NCBI GenBank assembly: GCA_050633305.1
Contig: JBOEGF010000018.1
Span: forward strand, 576,001 to 640,000
DNA: 64,000 bases
Source of the DNA: Nannocystales bacterium
Lineage (GTDB): Bacteria; Myxococcota_A; Polyangia; Nannocystales; Nannocystaceae
Reading direction: 5' to 3'
Shown: piece by piece, positions 18,766-28,112 of the stretch
Position numbering within the stretch: position 1 is the stretch's first letter
Layout of the letters: each line of letters opens with the position of its first letter
Program-made: the position numbers and the translations under genes
The notes under the pieces: generated by a model
What the model was told of the DNA's origin: nothing
Database searches by the model: none
The model's input: only the letters and a program-made list of their open reading frames with translations

Positions 18766-19887
18766 ATGTCCGTCGCCCGCCCGTACAACTTCTCCGCTGG
18801 CCCCGCGATTCTGCCCACGTCGGTGTTCGAAGAGACCGCGGCCGCCGTCCGGCAGCTCAACGTCCCCGGTGACGAGTCGCTCGAGTCCAAGCTCTCCATC
18901 CTCGAGATCTCGCACCGAAGCAAGACGTTCGACGCGATTCACAACGATGCCATCGCGCTCGTGCACGAGGTGCTCGGTGTGCCCGACGACTACGAGGTGC
19001 TGTTGCTTCAGGGCGGGGCGAGCCTGCAGTTCGCGATGCTTCCGATGAACCTGGGCGTCCAAGGCAAACCCGCTGCCTACGTGGACACCGGAGCCTGGTC
19101 TGCCAAGGCGATCAAGGAGAGCAAGGGCTTGGGCGACACGCTCGTCGTCGCGTCGAGCAAAGAGACGACCTACGACCACATCCCTGCGCGGGATACGTGG
19201 TCCGACTTCGCCGGGTCCAGCTACCTGCACGTCACGTCGAACAACACGATCTACGGCACCGAGTTCGCCGAACTCCCCGAGTCCGGCGATGTGCCGCTCA
19301 TCGTCGACCTCAGCAGCAACATCGGCAGCCGTCCCATGGCGCTCGAGAACGTCGCGCTGGGCTATGCGGGCGCGCAGAAGAACCTCGGCCCCTCTGGGGT
19401 CACTCTCGTCTTCGCGCGCAAGGACCTGCTGGCACGCGAGGCGCCCGGCTACGTGCCCACGATCCTTCGCTACGGGACGCACGTCGAGAAGAACAGCCTG
19501 TTCAACACGCCCAACACGTTCGGCATCCTCGTTCTGCGCAACGTGCTTCGATGGGTCAAGCGAAGCGGTGGGGTCGAGGCCGTGGGCAAGGTCAACGCCG
19601 CAAAGGCGGGCAAGCTCTACGCTGCTCTGGATGAGAGCAGCTTGTTCGGCGCTCACGCCAAGGATGGGAGTCGCTCCCAGATGAACGTGACGTGGACCCT
19701 CCAGGGCGATGAGAGCGGGGAGAAAACCAAGGCCTTCCTCGCCGCCACGGCACAAGCCGGCCTCAGTGGCCTCAAGGGACACCGATCGGTGGGGGGCTGT
19801 CGCGCCTCGATCTACAACGCGTTCCCCGAAGATGGCGTCGATGCCCTCGTCGAGTTCATGCGAGAGTTTGAGCGTACGCAAGGATGA
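18766..19887 (+). CDS. serC: Phosphoserine aminotransferase
   Basis: YNFSAGPAILP, EISHRS, QGGASLQF, NNTIYG, YAGAQKNLGP, GHRSVGGCRASIYNA. Confidence 0.97.
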   Translation: MSVARPYNFSAGPAILPTSVFEETAAAVRQLNVPGDESLESKLSILEISHRSKTFDAIHNDAIALVHEVLGVPDDYEVLLLQGGASLQFAMLPMNLGVQGKPAAYVDTGAWSAKAIKESKGLGDTLVVASSKETTYDHIPARDTWSDFAGSSYLHVTSNNTIYGTEFAELPESGDVPLIVDLSSNIGSRPMALENVALGYAGAQKNLGPSGVTLVFARKDLLAREAPGYVPTILRYGTHVEKNSLFNTPNTFGILVLRNVLRWVKRSGGVEAVGKVNAAKAGKLYAALDESSLFGAHAKDGSRSQMNVTWTLQGDESGEKTKAFLAATAQAGLSGLKGHRSVGGCRASIYNAFPEDGVDALVEFMREFERTQG

Positions 19888-20573
19888 GCGCGCAGTACCC
19901 AGTCGAGGCCCCCGGGTGGGCCGCGCTCGACCGTGTCGGGCTCACGATCTACCCAGGGCAAACCCCGCACCAGTTCGCGAGCCAGACCGGCTACGACCTC
20001 GATAGTCCCAACCCGCTCCCCGCGATCTGTGTGTGGGAGGGCTCCAATCCGGAGCATTGGCACTACGTCACCTATGGCCTGACCGAGCTGTTCGAAAAGT
20101 CATCGGACGACCCCAAGGTCTCGGGCTTCGGATTTGAGATCACGTTTCGGCTGCCTCGAGCGGCTGACGAGACCCAGCCTCCGACCTGGCCGATCCACAT
20201 GCTGCAAGGCATCGGGCACTACGCACTGTCCGGTCATGGTGGGTTCGACACCGGGCACATGATCGACCTCGGGGGTCCACTGGCCGCAGTGTCAGAGGGC
20301 GGAGAACCCTCGAAGTTGCACGGAGTGATCACCATCCCGGATCCCAGTTTCGGCAAGGTCGACACCCAGTTCGGCTCGATTCTGTTTCTGCAACTGTTCG
20401 GGATCACATCCGAAGAACTCGAGTCCATGCAGAACTGGCCGATGGAGCGGCGGGTGGGGCTGGTGCGCGAGGTCGAGCCTTTCGGGCTGACTCGCGTGGA
20501 GCGCGGCGCGTTCTCGGAGAGCCGCGAGACCGCGGCGGCTTGGCGTCGCCATGCGCTGGGTGTGTTGGTGTAG
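19884..20573 (+). CDS. Suppressor-of-fused (SUFU) domain protein
   Basis: APGWAAL, HWHYVTYGLTEL, SGFGFEITFRL, FLQLFGIT; ATGA overlap with serC. Confidence 0.88.
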   Translation: MSAQYPVEAPGWAALDRVGLTIYPGQTPHQFASQTGYDLDSPNPLPAICVWEGSNPEHWHYVTYGLTELFEKSSDDPKVSGFGFEITFRLPRAADETQPPTWPIHMLQGIGHYALSGHGGFDTGHMIDLGGPLAAVSEGGEPSKLHGVITIPDPSFGKVDTQFGSILFLQLFGITSEELESMQNWPMERRVGLVREVEPFGLTRVERGAFSESRETAAAWRRHALGVLV

Positions 20574-20631
20574 GGACATCTTTCGCTCAGCGCTTGGGTC
20601 CGCACGACTCGGTGCGCTATCGTTGCTTCGG

Positions 20632-21489
20632 ATGCGGGTTTGGACGGACTCCTTGCGGTGCTTGGTGGCGTGTGTGCTGCCGATGACTGCGTGCGCGGGG
20701 GGTGCGGACGTCGACAGCGGCAACTGTGGGACGTTCGGTCAAGGCTGTGTCAACGACTCCGCGTCCATGACGGAAGGATCCGCCACGTCCGGCACTGCGC
20801 CGACCTCGGGCGGCAACAGCAACACCGACAGCAACTCGGGTTTCGTCACCACGGGGATGGGCTCGAGTTCGGGGACCGGCGGGGGCCCCGGCGGCAACTG
20901 CATCGACGTCGATGGCGATGGCTACGGGGAAGGCTGCGTGCCTGGGGACGACTGCGACGACGACAACGTCGACATCAACCCTGGGGTCATGGAGCAGTGT
21001 GATGCCATCGACTGGAACTGCGACGACGATCCCGCAGCCGGGTGCGAGTGCGAGGACGACGGCGTGGGGAGCAACTGCAACCTTCCTTTCGACCTCGGCG
21101 TGATCGCTGTCGACACCTCGAAGACCGGGGTGGTGGGCAACGTGCCAGTCGAGAACAACTTCGACTGGTACCAGGTCAGCTTCCCCACGGAGGGGAGACC
21201 CGGCGAGGGCACCCCGACGATCGGATTCGCGGTCAACACCGAGGAGCAGTTCGTCTTCGATGTCCTGACCGACCAGTGTGGCGCCGGCGGGATGCCATGC
21301 GGTAACGCGGGCGCCCCCGAAGGGCTGGCCGAGGGACTCACCGACTTCAGCTTTGTCGACGACGACCCTGGATGCTGTACCGAGCCGATGCACGCTTTGG
21401 TTCAGTGGCCTGACCTCGTCTACATCCGTGTCTATCGGACGACACCCGGCAGCAGCTGCGCCGTCTACCAGCTCGAAGTTTCGCGCTGA
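20632..21489 (+). CDS. Lipoprotein with MopE-related/putative metal-binding Cys-Asp motif
   Basis: TAC lipobox, G/S/T linker, CIDVDGDGYG...DCDDDNVDINPGVMEQCDAIDWNCD. Confidence 0.78.
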   Translation: MRVWTDSLRCLVACVLPMTACAGGADVDSGNCGTFGQGCVNDSASMTEGSATSGTAPTSGGNSNTDSNSGFVTTGMGSSSGTGGGPGGNCIDVDGDGYGEGCVPGDDCDDDNVDINPGVMEQCDAIDWNCDDDPAAGCECEDDGVGSNCNLPFDLGVIAVDTSKTGVVGNVPVENNFDWYQVSFPTEGRPGEGTPTIGFAVNTEEQFVFDVLTDQCGAGGMPCGNAGAPEGLAEGLTDFSFVDDDPGCCTEPMHALVQWPDLVYIRVYRTTPGSSCAVYQLEVSR

Positions 21490-21513
21490 GTCGCCCCGCC
21501 CAACCCTGACCGG

Positions 21514-22368
21514 CTACTCGTGCACCGCCCAGAACGTGTTGCTGGCTGAGTACACTGCCGCGGGGTCCTCGACGTGCGGATAGTGGCCGATGTTGGGGAT
21601 GTGTACGACGTCGGCGTCAGGCACGAGGTCTGCGTACCGTTGTGCCGCATGTCGGCCTGAGACCGGGTCGGCGTTGCCGTTGATCACACGAGTGGGGACC
21701 AGGTTGTCCAGGAGCGGGCGCACCCATCGCTCACGGTGCGTCTTTCGCTCCTCCATGTAGCGGATCAAGTGCGGCAGGGCGGTGCGTCCTCCGTCGGCGA
21801 CGAGCAGCGCCCAGCTCCCGCGAAGGAAGGCGTCGCTCGGCGGCGTGTCCGGCCCGAAGATGCGCTCCATCGAACGCCGAAACGTGCGCTCGCTCGACAG
21901 CCGAGCGACCCACCGCCCCAGCGGGGAGATCAGCAAGCGCTGAATGGGCCTTGGTCGATGCGTCTCGGGGAACAATCCGCCGTTGAGGAACACCGCCGAC
22001 GTCCACTTGATGTGGCTCGAGCCGTCGGCTTGGCGGGCGAGGAGCTCCTGCCCTACGCTGTCGCCAAGGTCGTGGCAAAAGAGGTGCGCCTGCTTCACGC
22101 CACAGGACTCGAGCACCGCCTCGGCGAGATCGGCTTGCTGCGAGACGGGGAGTGGGCGGTCTGGCTTAGAGGCCCGACCGAGTCCGAACAGGTCGAATGC
22201 GATGGCGCGACGGTGCGCGGTCAGGTCGGCCCACAGCGGCTCGAAGTCCCACGACGATGTCGGAAACCCGTGCAGGCACAAGACGGCTGGACCATCGCCT
22301 TCGTCACGAACCACGGTCGAGTCGGAGCCATGTTGCAACCGGTTGGTGTGTGCGTACCAATCGTCCAC
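21514..22368 (-). CDS. Alpha/beta hydrolase (MEST/epoxide-hydrolase-like)
   Basis: LHGFPTSSWD, HDLGDSV nucleophile elbow, NGGLFP, DPVSG, GHYP. Confidence 0.92.
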   Translation of the reverse strand: MDDWYAHTNRLQHGSDSTVVRDEGDGPAVLCLHGFPTSSWDFEPLWADLTAHRRAIAFDLFGLGRASKPDRPLPVSQQADLAEAVLESCGVKQAHLFCHDLGDSVGQELLARQADGSSHIKWTSAVFLNGGLFPETHRPRPIQRLLISPLGRWVARLSSERTFRRSMERIFGPDTPPSDAFLRGSWALLVADGGRTALPHLIRYMEERKTHRERWVRPLLDNLVPTRVINGNADPVSGRHAAQRYADLVPDADVVHIPNIGHYPHVEDPAAVYSASNTFWAVHE

Positions 22369-22562
22369 CGCGGCAGGCTAGCACCGGCGGACCTCGCGTC
22401 TCGGGGTCCCTTGGCCCCGACTCGGGCGACGGCTCGGCTTGGGTGCCGAGTTGGGTTCAATCGAGGCCGGGTTGGTGGAACCCCCAACGCGAGGTTGCTG
22501 CCGAAGGGGGAACCATCCTTGGTGCGGACGGCACGCCGGCCGTCGTCACCGAACGCCCGAGC

Positions 22563-23150
22563 TCACCCAGACGTTGTGCCGCCCGTGCTGGTGTCCGTGC
22601 CCGTGCTGGTGTCCGTGCCCGTGCTGGTGTCCGTGCCCGTGCTGGTGGCAGTGCCCGTTCCGCTGGTGCCGTCCCCATCCGTATCGTCACCTCCATCGGA
22701 CCCGGTTGACACATAGGTGTCCTGGGGGGGGACGCAACCGTCGTAGAATCCAAACGACAGCTCGCGGCTATTCTGGTCCGGACAGACTGCGCCGGTTGTG
22801 CTCAATGCGCTCTCGTCGCAGTCTTGGTATCGGGCGAAAACTTCGATCGGCTGCCCCGCGCCCTCGTAGATGAAACACGCGCCTTGGGTGCAGTTCTCCG
22901 CCGGGGTTCGGGGGCCGCCCGCGACGCTGTATTCGACCTCTGCGGACACCAATCCTCCGGTGTTGAGCGCGAGCCAGACGACAACGGTGGGTTGCATCGA
23001 ACAGTCCGTGGGCGTCGCTCCGCTGGAGGCATTCCCTGTACCGCCGGAACCGACGCCTGCGGTGTCGGTCTCGCCGGCTTGCGGGGATGAACCCCCGCAC
23101 CCTACGGCACACATCACTATCAACAGTCCAATCCTGGATAAGCTATTCAT
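22563..23150 (-). CDS. Hypothetical lipoprotein with C-terminal Thr/Gly/Ser repeats
   Basis: MNSLSRIGLLIVMCAVGC lipobox; Cys-containing core; GTDTST repeats. Confidence 0.7.
   Translation of the reverse strand: MNSLSRIGLLIVMCAVGCGGSSPQAGETDTAGVGSGGTGNASSGATPTDCSMQPTVVVWLALNTGGLVSAEVEYSVAGGPRTPAENCTQGACFIYEGAGQPIEVFARYQDCDESALSTTGAVCPDQNSRELSFGFYDGCVPPQDTYVSTGSDGGDDTDGDGTSGTGTATSTGTDTSTGTDTSTGTDTSTGGTTSG
22581..22647. repeat. 18-bp perfect tandem repeat (GCCCGTGCTGGTGTCCGT x3 plus partial), coding TGTDTS
   Basis: Read directly from the sequence. Confidence 0.9.
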
Positions 23151-23289
23151 AGTGTCACAATAGCATGTGGCCGAGGCATCTCGATGCCTCATCTGCAGCC
23201 AGGGACACCCCGCTCCGGCCCGAGAGCGCAACCCGCTGCGGGGGGCACACGGCCGACGTCATTGCTGGTTCAAGGGCAGTGCAGCCCGC

Positions 23290-24726
23290 CTACTCGCGCA
23301 TGCCCAACTCGCATGTCAGGCGTCCGTTTTTTTTGACGATTTCCCATGGCGGAAGTGGGGGCAAGGGCTGCGCAGCGTCGGTGCAGCCGGGATCGGCGCC
23401 ATCGGCTTCGTGGTCGAAGTCGTTGTCGACCTGGTCGGTGCACGCCGTCGTGGAATCCTTGGACTCCGGGTCGGGGTTTGCGGTGAGCCAGGTATCGGGA
23501 ATGTCGTTCCACAACATCTCGAAGAACGTCTCGTACTGCTTCGCGAGCGCAGGGCTGTGCACGATGATGGTGTTTTCGTCGTTCTTCGTATCACCCGAGG
23601 AGGTCCAGTTCATCGAGCCGGTGACCACGGTCTCACCGTCGATGACGGCGGACTTCATGTGCATCTTGCCGCCCCAGTTCTCAACCTTGACGGCGATACC
23701 CGCGGCCCGCAGCAACTCGTGCTTGGTGTAGCCGTTCTTGGCCCCTGTCGCGTCCATGATCACGCGCACTCGAACGCCGCGGCGGTAGGCATCGATGAGG
23801 TCGGCGACGACGTGCTTGTGCGTCAGGAAGAACACGGCGATGTCGATCCTGCTCTGCGCGTTGCGAAGGAGCGGCCGTAGTCGTGAGCTGATCGGGGACT
23901 CTTGCGGGGAGAAGTAGACCTCCAACTCGGCGTCCGGGAGTTTGAGCTTCTTCTCCCCTCTCGGCTTGGGCTTACGCCCGTGGTACCGGCCGTCCTCGTA
24001 CATCTGCTCGAACTCTTCGGTGTACCAGGCGGCGAGTGTCTTCGACTCGACCACGGTGACGAGGTTGGCATTGTAGCCACCGGTGCCGGAGTCACTGACG
24101 TTGGTCGACCCGGTCCAGACGTGGCGCCCATCCACGATGAAGAACTTGTCGTGCATGATCTTGGCGCCGCCTTCGATGGGCTCGCGGCTGGCATGGGCCG
24201 CGAGCAGACACGATTCTCCGAGGTCGTAGGCGAGGCACTGCAACGGCCCTTCAAATCCGTCGGGGCGGTCGCACTTGGGCTCGCGGTCGTAGCGTGCCCG
24301 AGCTTCCTGCTTGGCGATCTTGCGGTCGGCTTTGAGGTCGCTACGGACGTTCTCAATCACCGCGACGAGCTCCTCGGTGCTCGAGTAGTAGTTCTGCCCT
24401 TCGAGGTCTCGATCGACGACACCCCGGACCTCAACGCCGCGGGACTTGGCCGCGACCAGGGCGGTCTTGATCACGGTTTGGTTTCGCATCCCATAGATCG
24501 CGAAGTCGATGCTGGTCTGTGCGCTCTCGATCAGCCCGAGGAGCGCCTTGCAGTGCTCGGCCTCGCAGATATCCTGCGGGCGGTCGAACTGCGTGGGGTC
24601 GTTGAGGATGAGCTGGATCGAGCCGTCTTCGATGACCGGCTTGCCGTCCATAGGCAGGTCGGATGCTGTCTTGGGCTCGCAGCCGAGGAGGCCGAGCAGA
24701 GGGAGCAGGGGCAACGCCGTGCGCAC
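23290..24726 (-). CDS. Phospholipase D superfamily lipoprotein (two HKD motifs)
   Basis: LLGC lipobox; MHDKFFIVD...GSTN and MHMKSAVID...GSMN; C-terminal [20 protein letters not shown] motif. Confidence 0.92.
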   Translation of the reverse strand: MRTALPLLPLLGLLGCEPKTASDLPMDGKPVIEDGSIQLILNDPTQFDRPQDICEAEHCKALLGLIESAQTSIDFAIYGMRNQTVIKTALVAAKSRGVEVRGVVDRDLEGQNYYSSTEELVAVIENVRSDLKADRKIAKQEARARYDREPKCDRPDGFEGPLQCLAYDLGESCLLAAHASREPIEGGAKIMHDKFFIVDGRHVWTGSTNVSDSGTGGYNANLVTVVESKTLAAWYTEEFEQMYEDGRYHGRKPKPRGEKKLKLPDAELEVYFSPQESPISSRLRPLLRNAQSRIDIAVFFLTHKHVVADLIDAYRRGVRVRVIMDATGAKNGYTKHELLRAAGIAVKVENWGGKMHMKSAVIDGETVVTGSMNWTSSGDTKNDENTIIVHSPALAKQYETFFEMLWNDIPDTWLTANPDPESKDSTTACTDQVDNDFDHEADGADPGCTDAAQPLPPLPPWEIVKKNGRLTCELGMRE

Positions 24727-24815
24727 CGGCCCAGTCTACTCCGCCCGGTGTCCTCCTGCTGCCTCGGTCAGTTCTCGGTCGCACGGTACCGATGGCATCG
24801 GCTACTGTGGACGCC

Positions 24816-25388
24816 ATGCACGGCCAAGGCAACGGTGGCGGACAGTGGGGGAATGGACAGCCGCCCGGCGGACAGCCTCCGCAGCCCGGGCATCCTCAGC
24901 AAGGCTACCCGCAGCCGGGTCATCCTCAGCAGGGCTACCCGCAGCCAGGTCATCCGCAGCAGGGGCATCCGCAGCCGGGCCATCCGCCGCAAGGGTATCC
25001 ACAGCCGGGGCATCCGCCCCCAGGCCATCCGCCCCCAGGCCATCCGCAGCAACCCTACGCGGGACCACCTGCTCAACTCACGTCCGGGCTGTACATCACC
25101 GCGGAGTTCATCTTCTTGCAGTGGATGCTCCTGATGACCAACCCGGTGGTCACCGTGTATGGCAGGCCGATCCCGTTCAAATGGAATCGCCCGCAAGTGG
25201 TCCCGCTGCCACCGGGCAACCACCCGATCAACATCCACTTTCCGTGGGTGTTTCAGAAGGGCAACAGCACGGACGCGGTTGTCCCGGTTCACCCCGGGCA
25301 CGCCACCGAGCTGAAGTACAGCACCGCGCTGTTCGTCTTCACCTCAGGAACGATCGTCCCACGCGGCTTTCGCCCGTGGGGGACCTAA
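24816..25388 (+). CDS. Pro/Gln/Gly/His-rich repeat protein with small C-terminal beta domain
   Basis: [10 protein letters not shown] repeats followed by ...[14 protein letters not shown]...; TACTGT box 7 nt upstream supports the start. Confidence 0.75.
   Translation: MHGQGNGGGQWGNGQPPGGQPPQPGHPQQGYPQPGHPQQGYPQPGHPQQGHPQPGHPPQGYPQPGHPPPGHPPPGHPQQPYAGPPAQLTSGLYITAEFIFLQWMLLMTNPVVTVYGRPIPFKWNRPQVVPLPPGNHPINIHFPWVFQKGNSTDAVVPVHPGHATELKYSTALFVFTSGTIVPRGFRPWGT
24879..25058 (+). repeat. Six imperfect 30-bp coding repeats ([10 protein letters not shown])
   Basis: ccgcagcccgggcatcctcagcaaggctac-type units with synonymous divergence. Confidence 0.85.
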
Positions 25389-25628
25389 GGCTGAGGCTCC
25401 GCCACACTCGCCGCGTCCATCGTTGAGCCGCGAGGAGTGATCGGAGTTTCCCTGCCTCTTTTCTTCTGCCTTCGGGGTCGAAACGCACCTGGAATGGCCG
25501 CGGTTCGACGCTGAGCCAAGGAGAGCAGGGTCTTCCCCCAGGTGCGGTGCGACCGAGCGTCACGGCTCGACGCGTTGGAACCAGCCGAGTTATTGTGCGC
25601 GCTCTCGGCTGCAGGCTGGAGCGACGAG

Positions 25629-27143
25629 ATGCACGACGACAAGGATTCCAAGACGAGCACTCTGGGTAGGATGGGTGCGGAGGCGCGCGTTCGAGGAGTC
25701 TTGGCGGCGCTGCCTGACTTGATGTTCGTCATCTCGAGAGACCTGGTCTTCGAGGAGTACCAAACCCCGGATCCTGAGAAATTGCTGATGCCGCCGAGCA
25801 GTTTCGTCGGCAAGCGGGTGGACGAGGTCCTGCCGCCGGATGTGGCGAGTCGAGTGAACGATGCGGTGCGCGGGACCCTCGCGGACGGGGAGCGCCGAAC
25901 GGTCCCGTACGCGCTCGACTTCCCCGACGGACGACAGTGGTTCGAGGCAATCTCCGGTCTGTGTGATGAAGACTCTGTTCTCTTTGTCGTTCGCGATCGA
26001 ACACGACAGGTGCTCCTCGAGGAGCGCCTTCGGATGCGAGATCGGATGGCATCCCTGGGGACGCTCGCCTCGGGCGTCGCCCATGAGATCAACAACCCTC
26101 TGACCTACGTCTTGGGCAATCTCGACTTCATCCGCGACTCCATTGAGCCAGGCGGAGATGAGGACCTCCTCGGTGCGTTCTCGGACGTCGTCCACGGGCT
26201 CGAGCAGGTGTCAGGGTTGATCGCGGACCTTCGGGTGTTCTCGCACCCAGGAAGCACCGAGCCCACGGCTGTCGATCTCAACCACGTCGTTGAAGCGACC
26301 CTTCGTCTCGCCAAGGGGGCGCTCAATCGACACGCCGTGTGGACGTACGAGGCTCAAGAGCTCCCTGCGGTCGCCGGGAATGCCAGCCAGGTGGGCCAGG
26401 TCGTGCTGAACCTCGTGACCAACGCGATCGACGCCATCGGGTCGGGCGCGGCGACCGACAACGAGATTCGCATCGAGACGCATCACGATGACGAGAGGGT
26501 CACGTTGACCGTCAGCGACACGGGCGCTGGGATTCCTCCGGAGATCCGAGAACGCATCTTCGACCCCTTCGTCACGAGCCAAACGGTCGGCACGGGCACT
26601 GGGCTGGCACTCGCGGTCTGTCGCAGCCTCGTCGTGTCGCTCGGCGGCACCATTCGTGCTGAGTGTCGTTCGCCTCGCGGTACTGTGGTCACCGTCGCGT
26701 TCCCCCGCCACGAGGCCAAACCGACCGCCGTCCCCGAACGCAAGACCGAGCCGTGCACGTTCGCGCCGCAAGAGGCACGAATCCTCGTGGTGGACGACGA
26801 TGATCGCGTCGCACAGGTCACGGCCCGGGCCCTGGAGGGCTACGAAGTTGTTGTCGCCCTCGATGGAAGGGCTGCCCTCGAGGAGATTCGGCGAGGTCAG
26901 GCGTTCGACCTGGTGCTGTGCGACCTCATGATGCCGGGGATGACGGGCATGGAGCTGTACCGGGCCGTCGAGGACTCGGACCCCGACTTGGCCGGGCGTT
27001 TCGTTTTCATGACCGGTGCGGCCTACAGCCCCGACGCTCGCTCTTTTGTCGAGTCGACTGCCCGTCCGTTGCTGCAGAAGCCGTTCGCGCTCGCGAGCCT
27101 TCGGATGACGATCGCCGAACGGCTCCGCGTCTCACAGGCGTAG
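25629..27143 (+). CDS. Hybrid histidine kinase (PAS-HisKA-HATPase-REC)
   Basis: AHEINNPL H-box, NLVTNAIDA N-box, DTGAGI, REC with LVVDDD and DLMMPGMTG, QKPF; start approximate. Confidence 0.93.
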   Translation: MHDDKDSKTSTLGRMGAEARVRGVLAALPDLMFVISRDLVFEEYQTPDPEKLLMPPSSFVGKRVDEVLPPDVASRVNDAVRGTLADGERRTVPYALDFPDGRQWFEAISGLCDEDSVLFVVRDRTRQVLLEERLRMRDRMASLGTLASGVAHEINNPLTYVLGNLDFIRDSIEPGGDEDLLGAFSDVVHGLEQVSGLIADLRVFSHPGSTEPTAVDLNHVVEATLRLAKGALNRHAVWTYEAQELPAVAGNASQVGQVVLNLVTNAIDAIGSGAATDNEIRIETHHDDERVTLTVSDTGAGIPPEIRERIFDPFVTSQTVGTGTGLALAVCRSLVVSLGGTIRAECRSPRGTVVTVAFPRHEAKPTAVPERKTEPCTFAPQEARILVVDDDDRVAQVTARALEGYEVVVALDGRAALEEIRRGQAFDLVLCDLMMPGMTGMELYRAVEDSDPDLAGRFVFMTGAAYSPDARSFVESTARPLLQKPFALASLRMTIAERLRVSQA

Positions 27144-27185
27144 CCAGCTGGCGTCTGTCTCGGCTTGGATGGGCGAGGCCGACGC

Positions 27186-28112
27186 CTACTTCTCGTGGCA
27201 GCTGTAGTCGAGCTTGGCTCGGCCTTTTTGTACGGTATCGCCGTTGCCGAGCGTGACCGACATTGCGATCACATTGCCTTGGTCGTCGTAGCGGTAGTCC
27301 AGCCGCCGATCCGTCGAGCCGTCGCTGCCGTGGTCTTCCTTGATGCGCTCGAGTTGCCCGACCTTGCTGTAGCCGAAGGTGACCGTCATCGGCTCGCCCT
27401 GCCAGGGCTTCTTCACGGTGGCTTTTCGAGCGATACCTTGTCGCAGGTAGACCTTCGCGTCCTTGCGCTTGGCGTAGATCGGATAGCCAGGAGTGAGCCC
27501 GGTGAACCCCGCAACTTCGACCAGCGTGACGTCGCGCGACTTGCCGCCCTCGTCGAAGCTGGCGGTCGCGACGTTGGACTTGGGGTCGTAGGTGGGCTCG
27601 ATCGTGGATTCGACCGAGTCGTCACAGCCCTCGTCGATCTCGACCTTGGTGGTCTTGCCCTCGGCGATGGTGAACGTGCCACAGGCCTCGGGTTTACCGT
27701 TGCCGTCGCTATCCACCTTGACCGTGCCGCCCTCGCCCTCGTACGCGAACGTGAGCTTGGCTCCGGTGCTCCAGGTGACCTTGCAGGGGCCGGGATACGC
27801 AGCCTCGGCGTGCGGCACCTCTTCGGGAAGCGGCTCTTCAGGATCGATGGCCGCGACTTCGGGGTCCACGGCCTCGTCTGCCGTGTCTCCAGCGGGCGCC
27901 TCCCACTCACCGCCCTCCGCCGAGCCGTCCCCCAAGTCCGCCTTGGCGTCGCCGTCGGCATCGGGCTCAGCCTTGTCACCCGCGGTGTCGACCTTGGGGG
28001 CTGCTTTGGAGTCACCGGCGGTCGCGGCCGTTTGCCCAGGGGCGTCTTTGTCGCTGCCGCAGGCGAGGGTGGCGATTCCGAAGAGGGCGAGGGCGAGGGC
28101 GCGCGTGCTCAT
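27186..28112 (-). CDS. Lipoprotein with acidic linker and DxDxNG/YD-like beta repeats
   Basis: MSTRALALALFGIATLAC lipobox; VDSDGNG, EDHGSDGSTDRRLDYRYDDQGN; ATGA overlap with the radical SAM gene. Confidence 0.75.
   Translation of the reverse strand: MSTRALALALFGIATLACGSDKDAPGQTAATAGDSKAAPKVDTAGDKAEPDADGDAKADLGDGSAEGGEWEAPAGDTADEAVDPEVAAIDPEEPLPEEVPHAEAAYPGPCKVTWSTGAKLTFAYEGEGGTVKVDSDGNGKPEACGTFTIAEGKTTKVEIDEGCDDSVESTIEPTYDPKSNVATASFDEGGKSRDVTLVEVAGFTGLTPGYPIYAKRKDAKVYLRQGIARKATVKKPWQGEPMTVTFGYSKVGQLERIKEDHGSDGSTDRRLDYRYDDQGNVIAMSVTLGNGDTVQKGRAKLDYSCHEK

Noticed and set aside
22581..25058. Tandem repeats as a possible CRISPR array
   Set aside because: No spacers, in-frame coding repeats, and no cas genes.
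24816..25388. [10 protein letters not shown] repeat protein as precursor peptide for the radical SAM locus
   Set aside because: It is separated from the locus by a kinase gene and resembles common low-complexity Pro/Gln/Gly tails; there is no leader/core layout.
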